From Myxococcota bacterium (GTDB taxonomy: Bacteria > Myxococcota_A > Polyangia > Polyangiales > Sandaracinaceae), in the NCBI GenBank assembly GCA_036149055.1, contig JAYZQJ010000074.1, forward strand, positions 1-64,000: a stretch of DNA of 64,000 nt. Reading direction: 5' to 3'. The notes beneath the pieces are model-generated. The model made no database searches. It was not told where the DNA came from and saw only the letters and a program-made list of their open reading frames with translations. Both the position numbers and the translations under genes were made by a program. Of this stretch, positions 24,964 through 34,686 are shown one piece after another (within the stretch, counting starts at the first letter, position 1; each line of letters opens with the position of its first letter).

Positions 24964-25749
24964 ATGGGCCAGCGCGGCGGCCAACCGAAGAGCGAGCCAC
25001 CGAGGCGCCCCGCCGTCCGGCGGACCGTCGCGAAGGACCGCGTCGGGCCGCTCCTCGAGTCCTTCTCGGAGGTGCGCCACCGCGCGTTCGGGCGCTCGCT
25101 CGAGGCGAAGCACCGCCAGACCACCGAGTCGCACCTCGCCGCGGCGCTCCTCCGCGAGGAGTCGGTGCGCCGGGCGGTCGCGGCGTGCGGCGCGGACCCG
25201 GACGACGTCGAGGCGCTCGTCGAGGGCACGGTGGATCAGGAGCCGCGCCGGCCGTGGTGGTCGCTGGCCCGCACCCGCGAGAGCCCCGGGCTGCTCTCGC
25301 TCTACGACCGCGCCCTCATGCACGCGATCAGCGCGGAGCTCGACCGGGTCAGCCCCGTGCTGCTGCTCATCCGCGTCGTCGAGTCGGCCCCGCCGAGCGT
25401 GGTGGCCGAGCGGCTCCTCGCCTTCGACGTCGACGAGGCCAGGCTCAAGCGCTGGGCGGCCCACGGCCGGGTGGACGACGCGCCGCTCCCGCGGGGATCC
25501 GGGCGCGCCGGCGTGCGGCTGCTCGACGACCCGTTCACCACGAAGGAGGCGGTGATCGCGCTGCTCACCACCCACCTCGACCTGGACGAGGAGCGCGCCG
25601 AGCGGCTGATGCTCCGGGTGCACGAGGGCGGCCGCGCGGTCGTCGGACGCGGGCCCTGGGACTGGGCGCGCCAGAAGGCGGAGGCGATCCGCGAGGAGGC
25701 CCGCGCCATGGGCTTCCCCCTCGGCGTCGAGCTCGAGCCCGAGGAGTGA
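24964..25749 (+). CDS. Clp N-terminal domain fused to a ClpS-like adaptor domain
   Basis: N-terminal Clp repeat-like 'H..TTESHLAAALL'. C-terminal ClpS-like 'VRLLDDPFTTKEAVIALL...LMLRVHEGGRAVVG...GFPL'. Confidence 0.75.
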   Translation: MGQRGGQPKSEPPRRPAVRRTVAKDRVGPLLESFSEVRHRAFGRSLEAKHRQTTESHLAAALLREESVRRAVAACGADPDDVEALVEGTVDQEPRRPWWSLARTRESPGLLSLYDRALMHAISAELDRVSPVLLLIRVVESAPPSVVAERLLAFDVDEARLKRWAAHGRVDDAPLPRGSGRAGVRLLDDPFTTKEAVIALLTTHLDLDEERAERLMLRVHEGGRAVVGRGPWDWARQKAEAIREEARAMGFPLGVELEPEE

Positions 25750-25750
25750 C

Positions 25751-26611
25751 CTACAACCCGAAGGCGAGCAGGGTACAGGTCTGCCCGACCGCGTCGGCGG
25801 GCCGGGTGTTCGGGATCTCCACCCGGTCGAGCTGGGTGGGCGCGCTCCCCGGGAAGACGACGTGCACGCGCGCGGAGCCGTGGGCGGGCACCCGCACCGG
25901 CGTCACCCAGGCGTCCGCGCCCGGCAGGCTGACCGGGCGGAGCGCGCGGCCGTCTCGGTCGGCGAAGGTCGCGGCGCCGATCGGGCCGAGCTGGAGGGTG
26001 CGGTCGGCGGGGTTCTCGAACACGAGCCAGACGCGTCGCCCGCCGTCGGGCAGCTGGCGCGGCACCGGGGCCACCGGCTCCTCGCCGTCCACCCGCACCG
26101 TCGCGCCCTCGCAGATGTCGCTGGCCCGCGCCGGCGGCAGCCCGGGCGGCGCGCTCGGCGGCGAGGAGGGAGGAGAGCGCATCCCCTGGGCCAGCTGCTC
26201 GAGCAGCTCTCGCATGCCCTCGCCGATCCCGCGCATCGCCTCGCCCAGATCGGCGCCCGGCAGCGCGCACTCGGCGATCACCGCGTCGCCCTCCCGCGGC
26301 GCGCCGGTGCCCGGGAGCAGCACCAGGGCCGGCTCGCCCCCCGCCGCCGTCGCCAGCGCGCACGCGTCCTGCCGGAGGGTCACCTGGTGGTCGCTCGAGA
26401 TCGACAGCTCCACGTCGACCTGCCCCTCGATGACGGTGACGCCCTCGACCTGGCCGACGCGCACGCCGGAGACCATCACCGGCGAGCCCTCGCCGAGGCC
26501 CGCGCCCTGGCTGATCCGCGCGTGGTGGGTGTCGTCGCAGCCGACGCACATCGACGCGGCCAGCGCGATCGCGAGCGAGACTCGAAGCTTCACGCCGCCA
26601 GTACACCGCAA
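25751..26611 (-). CDS. MlaD/MCE-domain lipoprotein
   Basis: 'GLGEGSPVMVSGVRVGQV' MCE signature and lipobox CVGC. The true start may be slightly downstream. Confidence 0.75.
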   Translation of the reverse strand: MRCTGGVKLRVSLAIALAASMCVGCDDTHHARISQGAGLGEGSPVMVSGVRVGQVEGVTVIEGQVDVELSISSDHQVTLRQDACALATAAGGEPALVLLPGTGAPREGDAVIAECALPGADLGEAMRGIGEGMRELLEQLAQGMRSPPSSPPSAPPGLPPARASDICEGATVRVDGEEPVAPVPRQLPDGGRRVWLVFENPADRTLQLGPIGAATFADRDGRALRPVSLPGADAWVTPVRVPAHGSARVHVVFPGSAPTQLDRVEIPNTRPADAVGQTCTLLAFGL

Positions 26612-26673
26612 CCGTCCGCTCTGTTCCAGCCGGTAGAGGGCGGGGCGGCGAGCGGCGCGGTAGGCTCCCCGCC

Positions 26674-27840
26674 ATGCCGAGATTCCCGAACACCGCGTCC
26701 AGCGCGGGCAGCCTCAGCGACCGCGTGTTCAGCCGCCTCGCGGCGCGCGCCCGGCAGCACGACGGCCCCCTCTACCCGCTGCACGTGGGCGACACCTGGA
26801 TGGAGCCGCTCGAGTCGGCGCGCGCGGAGGCCCAGCGCACCGAGGCGCATCCTCGCTTGCACAACTACGCGCCGGTCCAGGGAGAGCTCGCCCTCCTCGA
26901 GGCGATCGAGGCGCACCTGCAGCGCCGCGGCGAGTGCCTGGTGGACCGCGACTGCGTGCAGGTCACCAGCGGCGCGACGGCCGGGCTCAGCGTGGTGGCC
27001 GAGGCGCTCCTCGACCCCGGCGACGAGGTCCTCCTGCCCGCGCCGTTCTGGCCGCTGATCCGCGGCATCATCCGCAAGCGCGGCGCGGCCGCGGTGGAGG
27101 TGCCCTTCTTCGACCGCCTCGAGGATCCGGCGTGGGACGCGGAGGCGGCCCTCGAGGCGGCGGTGACCGAGAAGACCGCCGCGATCTACCTCAACACCCC
27201 CCACAACCCGACCGGGCGCATCCTCTCGGACGCGGAGATCGCGGCGGTCGCGAAGGTGGCCGAGCGTCACGATCTCTGGATCTGGTCGGACGAGGTCTAC
27301 GAGGAGCTCTACTTCGGGGCGTTCCCGCCGAAGCCGGTGTGGGCGCGCGCCGACTACCAGACGCGCTGCGTGGCCGTGCACTCGATGTCGAAGGCCTACG
27401 GGCTGGCCGGCGCCCGGGTCGGCTGGGCCCACGGGCCGCACGAGGCGATGAAGGCGATCCGCGGCGTGCAGACCTTCTCGACCTACTGCGCGCCGCGGCC
27501 GATGCAGCTCGGCGCGGCCAACGCCCTGCGGGAGGGCGGCGCGTGGCTGGAGCAGGCGCGCCGGAGCTACGAGGAGGCCGCCGAGCGCACCGCGCGCACC
27601 CTCGGACTGCGCAAGCCCGACGGCGGCACCTTCGTCTTCTTCGACGTCTCGGCCCGCCGCCGGGAGGGAGAGGACACCCTCGGCCTGCTCGAGCGCTGCC
27701 TCGACGCGGGCGTGCTCCTGACGCCCGGCGCCGCCTCCGGGGAGGCCTACGAGAGCTGGGTCCGCCTGTGCTTCACCAGCGTGCGCCCGGAGGAGCTCCA
27801 GGAGGCGCTGGATCGGATCGCGCCGATCGTCGGCGCCTGA
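26674..27840 (+). CDS. PLP-dependent aminotransferase class I/II
   Basis: 'NTPHNPTG', 'SDEVY' and 'SMSKAYGLAGARVG'. Confidence 0.92.
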   Translation: MPRFPNTASSAGSLSDRVFSRLAARARQHDGPLYPLHVGDTWMEPLESARAEAQRTEAHPRLHNYAPVQGELALLEAIEAHLQRRGECLVDRDCVQVTSGATAGLSVVAEALLDPGDEVLLPAPFWPLIRGIIRKRGAAAVEVPFFDRLEDPAWDAEAALEAAVTEKTAAIYLNTPHNPTGRILSDAEIAAVAKVAERHDLWIWSDEVYEELYFGAFPPKPVWARADYQTRCVAVHSMSKAYGLAGARVGWAHGPHEAMKAIRGVQTFSTYCAPRPMQLGAANALREGGAWLEQARRSYEEAAERTARTLGLRKPDGGTFVFFDVSARRREGEDTLGLLERCLDAGVLLTPGAASGEAYESWVRLCFTSVRPEELQEALDRIAPIVGA

Positions 27841-27844
27841 CCGC

Positions 27845-28177
27845 TCACCCGAGCGTGGCCCAGAGCTCGCACCAGCCGGCCGGGTGGATGGGGCCCTCCA
27901 GCACGCGGCAGCTGCCGCAGCGCCCCTCGCCGCCGGACTGGTAGTAGCGGCAGTTGTCGCAGCGCTCCTCCGGGCGCGGCGACTCGTCCACGTAGCTCTG
28001 CTGACGGCGGGCCGCGATGACGGCCTGCGAGAGCCCGGTGGTGTCGTCGCAGCGGAGCGCGGGCTCCCCCTGCTGCTCCTCGCCACACCCGACGAGCGAC
28101 GGCGCGACCGCGGCCGCCCCGAGCACGAGCAGCGCCCTCCTCCGACCGATCTTCAGAGTCGTCATCGTGTCCTCCAA
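27845..28177 (-). CDS. High-potential iron-sulfur protein (HiPIP), Tat-exported lipoprotein
   Basis: GRRRAL Tat motif plus LVGC, and the HiPIP Cys pattern CDNC...C...GWC. Confidence 0.8.
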   Translation of the reverse strand: MEDTMTTLKIGRRRALLVLGAAAVAPSLVGCGEEQQGEPALRCDDTTGLSQAVIAARRQQSYVDESPRPEERCDNCRYYQSGGEGRCGSCRVLEGPIHPAGWCELWATLG

Positions 28178-28210
28178 CAGTTTCGGCCCACCCGACCGTG
28201 TCTACAGGCA

Positions 28211-28259
28211 TGGGGGCCCGATCCCCGGGCACAGGATACCCGCTGGGGGCCCGATCCCC
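28211..28259. repeat. 16-bp direct repeat (TGGGGGCCCGATCCCC x2) in a divergent intergenic region
   Basis: Copies at 28211-28226 and 28244-28259, with period 33. Confidence 0.7.
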
Positions 28260-28341
28260 CGAGCCTCATCGCTCGTAGAGCATTCTCACAGACTTCCATC
28301 GCCAGCACGGCGATTGCAGCCGACCCGCTCGGGGGAGACGC

Positions 28342-28944
28342 ATGAACCCGCTCACACGACTCGAAGAGACCCTCTCACCCGACCTCGCTCGGTGGCTTCA
28401 CGCCGCGGAGGGGGATCTCTCGCTGGCCTGGCGCACCTGCCCTCGACCGGACTGGCTGATCCAGATCGCGCTGTCGCTCGGCGTCGATCGGAGCCTGGTG
28501 GTGCACGCGGCCCTCGAGGTCGCGGTCGACGCGGTCTCCCGCCACCGCATCGCCGATCTTCGCCCGCGCCGCGCGCTGATGACCGCCCTCGGCTGGATCG
28601 ACGGGCGCGCGCCCGGCACCGAGACGTGGGCCCACGGCTTCGCGGCCAACGAAGTGGCGGAGGCGCTCGAGGGGCCGGCGCGGCACGCGGCCCACGCGGC
28701 GGCCTGCGTGGCCTTCGCCTGCGACGATCAGGCCGACGAGGCCTACTACGCGCACCGCGCCTACGCGGCCCTCGCCGTGCGTCACGCGGCGAGCGCCCTC
28801 GACCCGGCGCGCTGCTGCGTGACGATCCGCGATCGCATCCCGCTCGCGGTCGTGCTCGAGCGCTTCGACGTGGCCTCGCGCCCGCCGCCGCCGCTCCCGC
28901 TCGGCCTCGACCCGGCCGAGATCAGCGACTCGTTCTACTGCTGA
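28342..28944 (+). CDS. Hypothetical protein (Ala-rich, helical)
   Basis: GGAG SD before the ATG and 'AWRTCPRPDWL' motif. Function unknown. Confidence 0.65.
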   Translation: MNPLTRLEETLSPDLARWLHAAEGDLSLAWRTCPRPDWLIQIALSLGVDRSLVVHAALEVAVDAVSRHRIADLRPRRALMTALGWIDGRAPGTETWAHGFAANEVAEALEGPARHAAHAAACVAFACDDQADEAYYAHRAYAALAVRHAASALDPARCCVTIRDRIPLAVVLERFDVASRPPPPLPLGLDPAEISDSFYC

Positions 28945-28986
28945 CGGTGGACGCCCCGGGGGTTCGGCCCGACACTGCGGGCACCC

Positions 28987-30126
28987 GTGGAGCTGCGCAT
29001 CGAGCTGAGGTCCGGCCTCGAGGGCATCGCGCCCGAGGCGTGGGACGCGCTGGCCGGAGAGAACGACCCCTTCGTCGAGCACGCGTTCCTGCACGCCCTC
29101 GAGGTGAGCGGGAGCGTCGGCGCGGACGCCGGGTGGCAGCCGCTGCACGTCACGGTGTGGTCGGGCGAGCGGCTGATCGGCGCCCTCCCCCTCTACGCGA
29201 AGGACAATTCCTGGGGCGAGTTCATCTTCGACTTCGCCTGGGCCCGGGCCGCGCACCAGGCCGGCCTGCCCTACTACCCGAAGCTGGTCGCGATGGCGCC
29301 CTTCACCCCGGCGACCGGCAAGCGCTTCCTGGTGGCCGACGACGTCGACCGGCTCGAGGTCACCCGCGCGCTCCTGACCGGGGCCCGCGCCGCCGCCGAC
29401 GAGGTGGACGCCTCCTCGATCCACCTGCTCTTCCTCACCGACGAGGAGCGCCGCCTCGCGGTGGAGCTCGGCTTCGCGCCGCGGCTCTCGGTGCAGTTCC
29501 ACTGGGACGACGACGGCTACGCGACCTTCGACGACTACCTCGGGCGCTTCCGGTCCAAGAAGCGCAAGCAGGTGCGGAAGGAGCGGCGCGCGGTGGCGGA
29601 GAGCGGGCTCGAGATCGCGGTGAAGGAGGGCCCCGAGCTGACCGCGGACGACTGGGACGCGATCCACCGCTTCTACCGCGAGAACTGCATGCGGCACGGC
29701 TCCTACGGGTACCTGACGCCGGGGTTCTTCGACGTCGTGCGCCGCACCGACGCGCACCGCCTGGTGGCGGCCATCGCCTACCGCCGCGGGACCCCGGTGG
29801 CCGCGTCGATCAACTTCGAGAAGGGCGCGCACCTCTACGGCCGCTACTGGGGCTGCCTGGAGGACCACGACTTCCTCCACTTCGAGCTCTGCTACTACCG
29901 ACTCATCGAGCGCGCCATCGCCCGGGGCATGACCCACTTCGAGGCGGGCGCGCAGGGCTTCCACAAGCTCAAGCGCGGGCTGCTGCCGGTGGAGATCCAC
30001 AGCGCGCACTGGATCCGCGAGCCGGCCCTCGCCGAGGCGGTGGGCCGCTACCTCCCCTCGGAGGCCTTCCAGGTGAAGGCCGAGATCGCCGCGCTGCACG
30101 ACCGAGCGCCGTTCCATCGCGAGTGA
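28987..30126 (+). CDS. GNAT/FemAB-like protein (DUF482-type)
   Basis: 'PLYAKDNSWGEFIFDFAWA', 'LYGRYWG', 'LHFELCYY' and 'FEAGAQGFHKLKRG'. Confidence 0.9.
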   Translation: MELRIELRSGLEGIAPEAWDALAGENDPFVEHAFLHALEVSGSVGADAGWQPLHVTVWSGERLIGALPLYAKDNSWGEFIFDFAWARAAHQAGLPYYPKLVAMAPFTPATGKRFLVADDVDRLEVTRALLTGARAAADEVDASSIHLLFLTDEERRLAVELGFAPRLSVQFHWDDDGYATFDDYLGRFRSKKRKQVRKERRAVAESGLEIAVKEGPELTADDWDAIHRFYRENCMRHGSYGYLTPGFFDVVRRTDAHRLVAAIAYRRGTPVAASINFEKGAHLYGRYWGCLEDHDFLHFELCYYRLIERAIARGMTHFEAGAQGFHKLKRGLLPVEIHSAHWIREPALAEAVGRYLPSEAFQVKAEIAALHDRAPFHRE

Positions 30127-30169
30127 TGCGCCCGGGCCCGGATTCGGGGTAGTCTCTCTCTCCCACGTC

Positions 30170-31321
30170 ATGCGCAGGGACAAGCCCGGAAAGATCATCG
30201 CGGGGCGCTACGAGCTGCTCGAGCCGGCAGGCGAAGGCGGCATGGCCGTCGTCTGGCGGGCGCTCGTCCGGGGCGCCGGCAAGTTCGCGCGCCCGGTCGC
30301 CGTCAAGCGCATCCACGCGACGAAGGGCGCCGACAACCACTTCATCCGCCTCTTCGAAGAGGAGGCGCGGGTGGGCGCCGGGCTCCAGCACCCGAACGTG
30401 GTGCAGATCATGGACTTCGGCGTCGACGACGACGGCGACTACTTCCTCGTGATGGAGTGGATCGAGGGGCTGGACCTGCATCACTGGGTCCGCAGCCACC
30501 CGCGCGGCCTCCAGCTCACGCCCTGGCCGCTGGTCACCGCGATCGGGGTCGACGTGCTGCGCGCGCTCGGGGCGGCCCACGAGCGCCGCGACGACGCCGG
30601 CGCGCTCTCGCCCGTCTACCACCGCGACGTCTCCCCCTCGAACGTGCTGCTCGGCACCAACGGCACGATCAAGCTCACCGACTTCGGGCTCGCGCGCGCC
30701 ATGGACCGGGCGAGCATGACCCGCCCGAACGTCATCAAGGGCAAGCTCGCCTACTGCGCGCCCGAGCTCATCAGCGGCGCCAAGGCCTCGGCCCAGAGCG
30801 ACCTCTTCGCGCTCGGCGTGGTGCTCTGGGAGGCGCTCTCGCAGCAGCGCCTCTTCACCGGCAAGAACGACCTCGAGGTGCTGCTCTCGGTCCGCAAGGG
30901 CGAGATCCCGAGGGTCAGCGAGGTGCGGACCGACATCCCGGCGCCGCTCGAGCTGGCCATCCAGCAGGCCCTCGAGCCCGATCCGAAGAACCGCTTCGAG
31001 ACCGCGACCGAGATGGCGCGCGCGCTCGCCGCGATCCTGCGCACCCACCCCGAGCCGATCGACGCGGAGCCGATGGGCAAGAGCGTCCGGCAGGCCGCGG
31101 AGCGCCTCGGGCTGGCCAAGAAGGCCAAGGGCGCCGCGCCCCAGGACCCGAGCGTGCACGACCTCAGCCTCAGCGACGTGGAGATCGTCGACCCCGAGGT
31201 CAAGAGCCTGGAGCTCGACATCTCGGTGCAGGAGGTCCCGCCTCCTTCGCCGGTCTCCTCGTCCGAGTCGAAGGCCCCGGTCCGCGGCCTCTGGTCCGAG
31301 AAGGACGACGGCAGCGGTTGA
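30170..31321 (+). CDS. Hanks-type Ser/Thr protein kinase (cytoplasmic)
   Basis: GEGGMAVV, VAVK, HRDVSPSN, DFG and APE motifs. No TM segment. Confidence 0.93.
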   Translation: MRRDKPGKIIAGRYELLEPAGEGGMAVVWRALVRGAGKFARPVAVKRIHATKGADNHFIRLFEEEARVGAGLQHPNVVQIMDFGVDDDGDYFLVMEWIEGLDLHHWVRSHPRGLQLTPWPLVTAIGVDVLRALGAAHERRDDAGALSPVYHRDVSPSNVLLGTNGTIKLTDFGLARAMDRASMTRPNVIKGKLAYCAPELISGAKASAQSDLFALGVVLWEALSQQRLFTGKNDLEVLLSVRKGEIPRVSEVRTDIPAPLELAIQQALEPDPKNRFETATEMARALAAILRTHPEPIDAEPMGKSVRQAAERLGLAKKAKGAAPQDPSVHDLSLSDVEIVDPEVKSLELDISVQEVPPPSPVSSSESKAPVRGLWSEKDDGSG

Positions 31322-31363
31322 AACGCGGTCTCTGCCACCGGTAACTTGAAACCGGAGGTGGGG

Positions 31364-33115
31364 ATGCCTCGCTTACTTGCTTGGATGGGTGCGGTCGCGC
31401 TGCTGTGCGGCTGTGGGTTGACGATCGACCACGAGCCGGCGGACGGGAGCGCCGGAGGAGACGCGGCGACGCGGCTGGACGGCGGGGCCGCGGACGGGAG
31501 CGCCGGCGACGCCGGGCCGACGGACGTGGACTCGGGCCCGGACGGGGGGCCCGCCTGCGTCGACGCCGACCTGGACGGGGTGACGGGTTGCGCGGGCGAC
31601 TGCGACGACGGAGACCCGACGCGCCACCCCGGCGCGCCCCCGATCTGCGGGGACGGGATCACGCAGGACTGCACCGACGCCCTCGAGGACGCCGCCTGCG
31701 GGGGGCTCGGCACCTTCGTGTCGAGCGCGACCGGCGACGACACGAACCCGGGCACCCAGGCGAGCCCGGTGGCCACGATCGCGGCCGGCCTCGCCCACGC
31801 CATGATCATCGGCGGGGGCGTCGACGTGTACGTGGCCGAGGGCGTCTACCCGGAGGACGTCACCCTGGTCGACGGGGTCAGCCTCTTCGGCGGCCACGAC
31901 CCGTCGAGCTGGGCGCGGGACCCGGCGCGCCTCGTCTCGACCGTGCGGCCGCCGAGCTTCGTCGGCGTGCGCGCGCCCGCCGGAGTGGGGAGCGGCACCC
32001 GCTTCGACGGCTTCCGGGTGGAGGCCTCCGGCGGGCCCTCGACCGGCACCGCGGTGACGATCCTCGCGGGCGCCGAGCCGGTGATCGCGAACAACGTGCT
32101 GCTCGGGCCCGACGTGGGCGGCGCCTCGCGCGGCGTCGCCGTCAACCCGGCGGGCGCGTCGAACCCCGGCGTCCGGCCGCGCGTCGTCGACAACGAGATC
32201 CGCCTCGGGCGCTCCGGGAGCGGCTGGGGCGGCGGCAACGGCGGCTGGGGCGTCTACGCCAACCAGACCGCGGTCGACGTGATCGGCAACCGGGTGGTGC
32301 TCTCCGAGGCCTACACGGTGCAGCGCGGCGTGGAGCTCTTCGACTGCCCCGACGGGCTGGTGGAGGCGAACGACATCTCGGGCGCGAGCGGGCCCGACAC
32401 CGCCTTCGGCGTGCGCATCGCGAGCAGCAGCGCGAGCGTGAACGCGAACGTGATCGCGCCCGGGAGCGTCGACCAGTACGGCCTCGGGATCGCGATCGAG
32501 GGCAACGTGGGCGTGGTGTCCGTCACCAACAACGTCGCGCGCGGCGCCGACGGGACCCGCCGCGCCTCGGCCGGGCTCTGGATCGCCTTCGAGGGGCCGC
32601 CCACCACCCGCCCCGACGTGCTCGTCCACTCGAACTTCTTCGCGGCGGGCGCGGCGCGCTCGGGCATGGCGGCGGGCGCCGGGCTCGTGCTGGAGCGCGG
32701 CGGCCCGCTGACGGTCGGGCGCTTCTACGACAACGTGATGTTCGCGAGCGCGAGCGGCCTGGGCGCGGCCTTCGCGGAGCTGCCGGCGGGGCAGATCGAT
32801 CCGGAGGTGTTCGTGAGCAACGCGCTCCACGACCCGAGCGGGGCGTCGGCCGGCGCGGGCCCCGGGCTCTACCTCGACGAGGGCTCGACCCGGATGATCC
32901 GGATCGCCGACGTCAACATGCTCGCCGGCGCGCGCGGCAACCTCTGGGAGTCCTGCGGGCTCCTGGGCCTGGCGGGCGGCGACTATCACCTCGCGGCGGG
33001 GTCGGCGTGCCTCGACGCGGGGGACGGGACGGAGCTGCCCGCGGCCGACTTCGAGGGCGACGCGCGGCCTCACGGGGCCGGGCCGGACATCGGGCCCGAC
33101 GAGCGCGTGCCCTGA
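31364..33115 (+). CDS. Secreted lipoprotein with a putative metal-binding motif and a right-handed beta-helix (pectin-lyase-like)
   Basis: LCGC lipobox, 'DCDDGDPTRHPGA..ICGDGITQDC', 'GDDTNPGT...VAEGVY', Asn-rich repeats and a C-terminal 'PDIGPDE'. Confidence 0.75.
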   Translation: MPRLLAWMGAVALLCGCGLTIDHEPADGSAGGDAATRLDGGAADGSAGDAGPTDVDSGPDGGPACVDADLDGVTGCAGDCDDGDPTRHPGAPPICGDGITQDCTDALEDAACGGLGTFVSSATGDDTNPGTQASPVATIAAGLAHAMIIGGGVDVYVAEGVYPEDVTLVDGVSLFGGHDPSSWARDPARLVSTVRPPSFVGVRAPAGVGSGTRFDGFRVEASGGPSTGTAVTILAGAEPVIANNVLLGPDVGGASRGVAVNPAGASNPGVRPRVVDNEIRLGRSGSGWGGGNGGWGVYANQTAVDVIGNRVVLSEAYTVQRGVELFDCPDGLVEANDISGASGPDTAFGVRIASSSASVNANVIAPGSVDQYGLGIAIEGNVGVVSVTNNVARGADGTRRASAGLWIAFEGPPTTRPDVLVHSNFFAAGAARSGMAAGAGLVLERGGPLTVGRFYDNVMFASASGLGAAFAELPAGQIDPEVFVSNALHDPSGASAGAGPGLYLDEGSTRMIRIADVNMLAGARGNLWESCGLLGLAGGDYHLAAGSACLDAGDGTELPAADFEGDARPHGAGPDIGPDERVP

Positions 33116-33118
33116 CGA

Positions 33119-33613
33119 TCACTCGGGCGGCGGCTCGAGGAGGCGGCGCACGACCTCCTCGGGCCGGCGCGCCTCGCCGTCGATCTCCTCCGCCGGCGTC
33201 CAGGACTGGTCGGCCTCGAGTCGGTAGCTGCCCCGGAAGGCGTGCGGCGGGGCGCCGCCCCAGTCGTCGGGGCTGAGCATCGAGAAGTAGAGCGTCTCGT
33301 TCGGGCGCTCGTAGAGGTGGTACACGGTGCCTGCGCGCTTCTGGAACGCGCACTCGGCGCGGTGCAGATCGAGGTCGCGGCGGGCGCCCTCGAGGATGTC
33401 CTTCGCCTCCTCCTGGAGCGCGCGGATCTGCTTGGCGATCACGTCGAGCTTCGAGGTGACGACGGTGCCGATGGTGCGGTCCGCCTGCTGGATCTGTCGC
33501 GCCACGTCCACGAGGTCGTGCGCGGGCGCGAGCCGGCTCATCGGGTACGGCGAGGTCCGCGCGGGGCCCTGGTGCAGATCCCCGGCGTCGCGGGTGGTGT
33601 CGTCGTCGGCCAC
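33119..33613 (-). CDS. DUF2452-like protein
   Basis: 'HRAECAFQKRAGTVYHLYER...YFSMLSPDDWG'. Start chosen at GTG 33613. Confidence 0.7.
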   Translation of the reverse strand: MADDDTTRDAGDLHQGPARTSPYPMSRLAPAHDLVDVARQIQQADRTIGTVVTSKLDVIAKQIRALQEEAKDILEGARRDLDLHRAECAFQKRAGTVYHLYERPNETLYFSMLSPDDWGGAPPHAFRGSYRLEADQSWTPAEEIDGEARRPEEVVRRLLEPPPE

Positions 33614-33636
33614 GGCCGCGATATGAGGCGATCCCC

Positions 33637-34686
33637 TCAGCCTGGCAAGCGCGCCCACTCTCGGACGACCTCGCCGCCCTCGATCACGTGGTAGCGGTCG
33701 TGCATCGCGGCGGTGATGCAGGCGTGGTTGGGCCACACCCGGACCTGATCGCCGACCGACAGCGCGAGCGGCGCCGCCCCGACGACCCGGCCGTGCTCCT
33801 GGTGGGTCGAGACCACCCGCCCGAGGCGCGCGCCGTCCAGGGTCGTCACCTCGCCGAAGCCCGCGCCGCCGACCGCGTCGAGGCTGCGCTCGCTGCTCAG
33901 CGCGAGGGTGCCGGCGTCGATCCACACCGAGCCGTCCGGCCGCCGGGAGATCACCGACGCGAGCACGCTCAGCGCGAGCTCGTCGCGCGCGCAGCTGCCG
34001 ATCGCGTGCTGGAACAGATCGAAGAAGACGTGCACCCCGGCGCGCACCTCGGTGACTCCGTCGAGCCGCTCGGCGTGGAGCGCGGTGGGCGTGGAGCCGA
34101 CGCTGACCTCCGGGCACGGGACGCCGGCCGCGCGGATGCGCGCTGCCGCCTCGACCGCCGCGCGACGCTCCTCCTCCGCCACCTGGCGCATCGCCTCCGG
34201 GGTGCGGCAGGCGTAGCTCTGACCGCCGTGGGTCAGCACCCCGCGGAGCCGCGGCCCGAGCGCCCGCGCCGCCTCGACCAGCGCCGGATCGCCCGGCGCC
34301 CGCCCTCCCCGGTCGAGCCCGCAGTCGACCTCGAGCCAGGCGTCGAGGCCCGCCTCCGCGATCGCCGCGGCGACGTCGGGCTCGTCGGTGAGCACCTGCA
34401 GCCCCAGCGCGCGCGCGGCCGGGAGCTTCTGCGGCGTGATCCCGACCGCGTAGACGAGGTCCTCGAAGCCGGCCTCGCGGAAGCGCCGCGCCTCGGCCAG
34501 CGTCGAGACGGTCAGCCCGCGGAAGGGCGCGTCGCCGAGCGCCGCCTCCGCGACCTCGACGCACTTGGCGGTCTTCACGTGGGGCCGCAGCCGCACCCCG
34601 TGCCGCGCCACCGCCGCTCGCATGCGCGCGCAGTTCGCCTCGAGCCGCGCGCGATCGAGCAGCAGGCACGGCGTGAGGAGGTTCAC
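33637..34686 (-). CDS. Fold-type III PLP enzyme (D-threonine aldolase / D-serine dehydratase, DSD1 family)
   Basis: 'TPCLLLD', 'LRPHVKTAK', 'VGSTPT', 'HQEHG' and 'PNHAC'. The GTG start overlaps the tdh stop. Confidence 0.85.
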   Translation of the reverse strand: MNLLTPCLLLDRARLEANCARMRAAVARHGVRLRPHVKTAKCVEVAEAALGDAPFRGLTVSTLAEARRFREAGFEDLVYAVGITPQKLPAARALGLQVLTDEPDVAAAIAEAGLDAWLEVDCGLDRGGRAPGDPALVEAARALGPRLRGVLTHGGQSYACRTPEAMRQVAEEERRAAVEAAARIRAAGVPCPEVSVGSTPTALHAERLDGVTEVRAGVHVFFDLFQHAIGSCARDELALSVLASVISRRPDGSVWIDAGTLALSSERSLDAVGGAGFGEVTTLDGARLGRVVSTHQEHGRVVGAAPLALSVGDQVRVWPNHACITAAMHDRYHVIEGGEVVREWARLPG

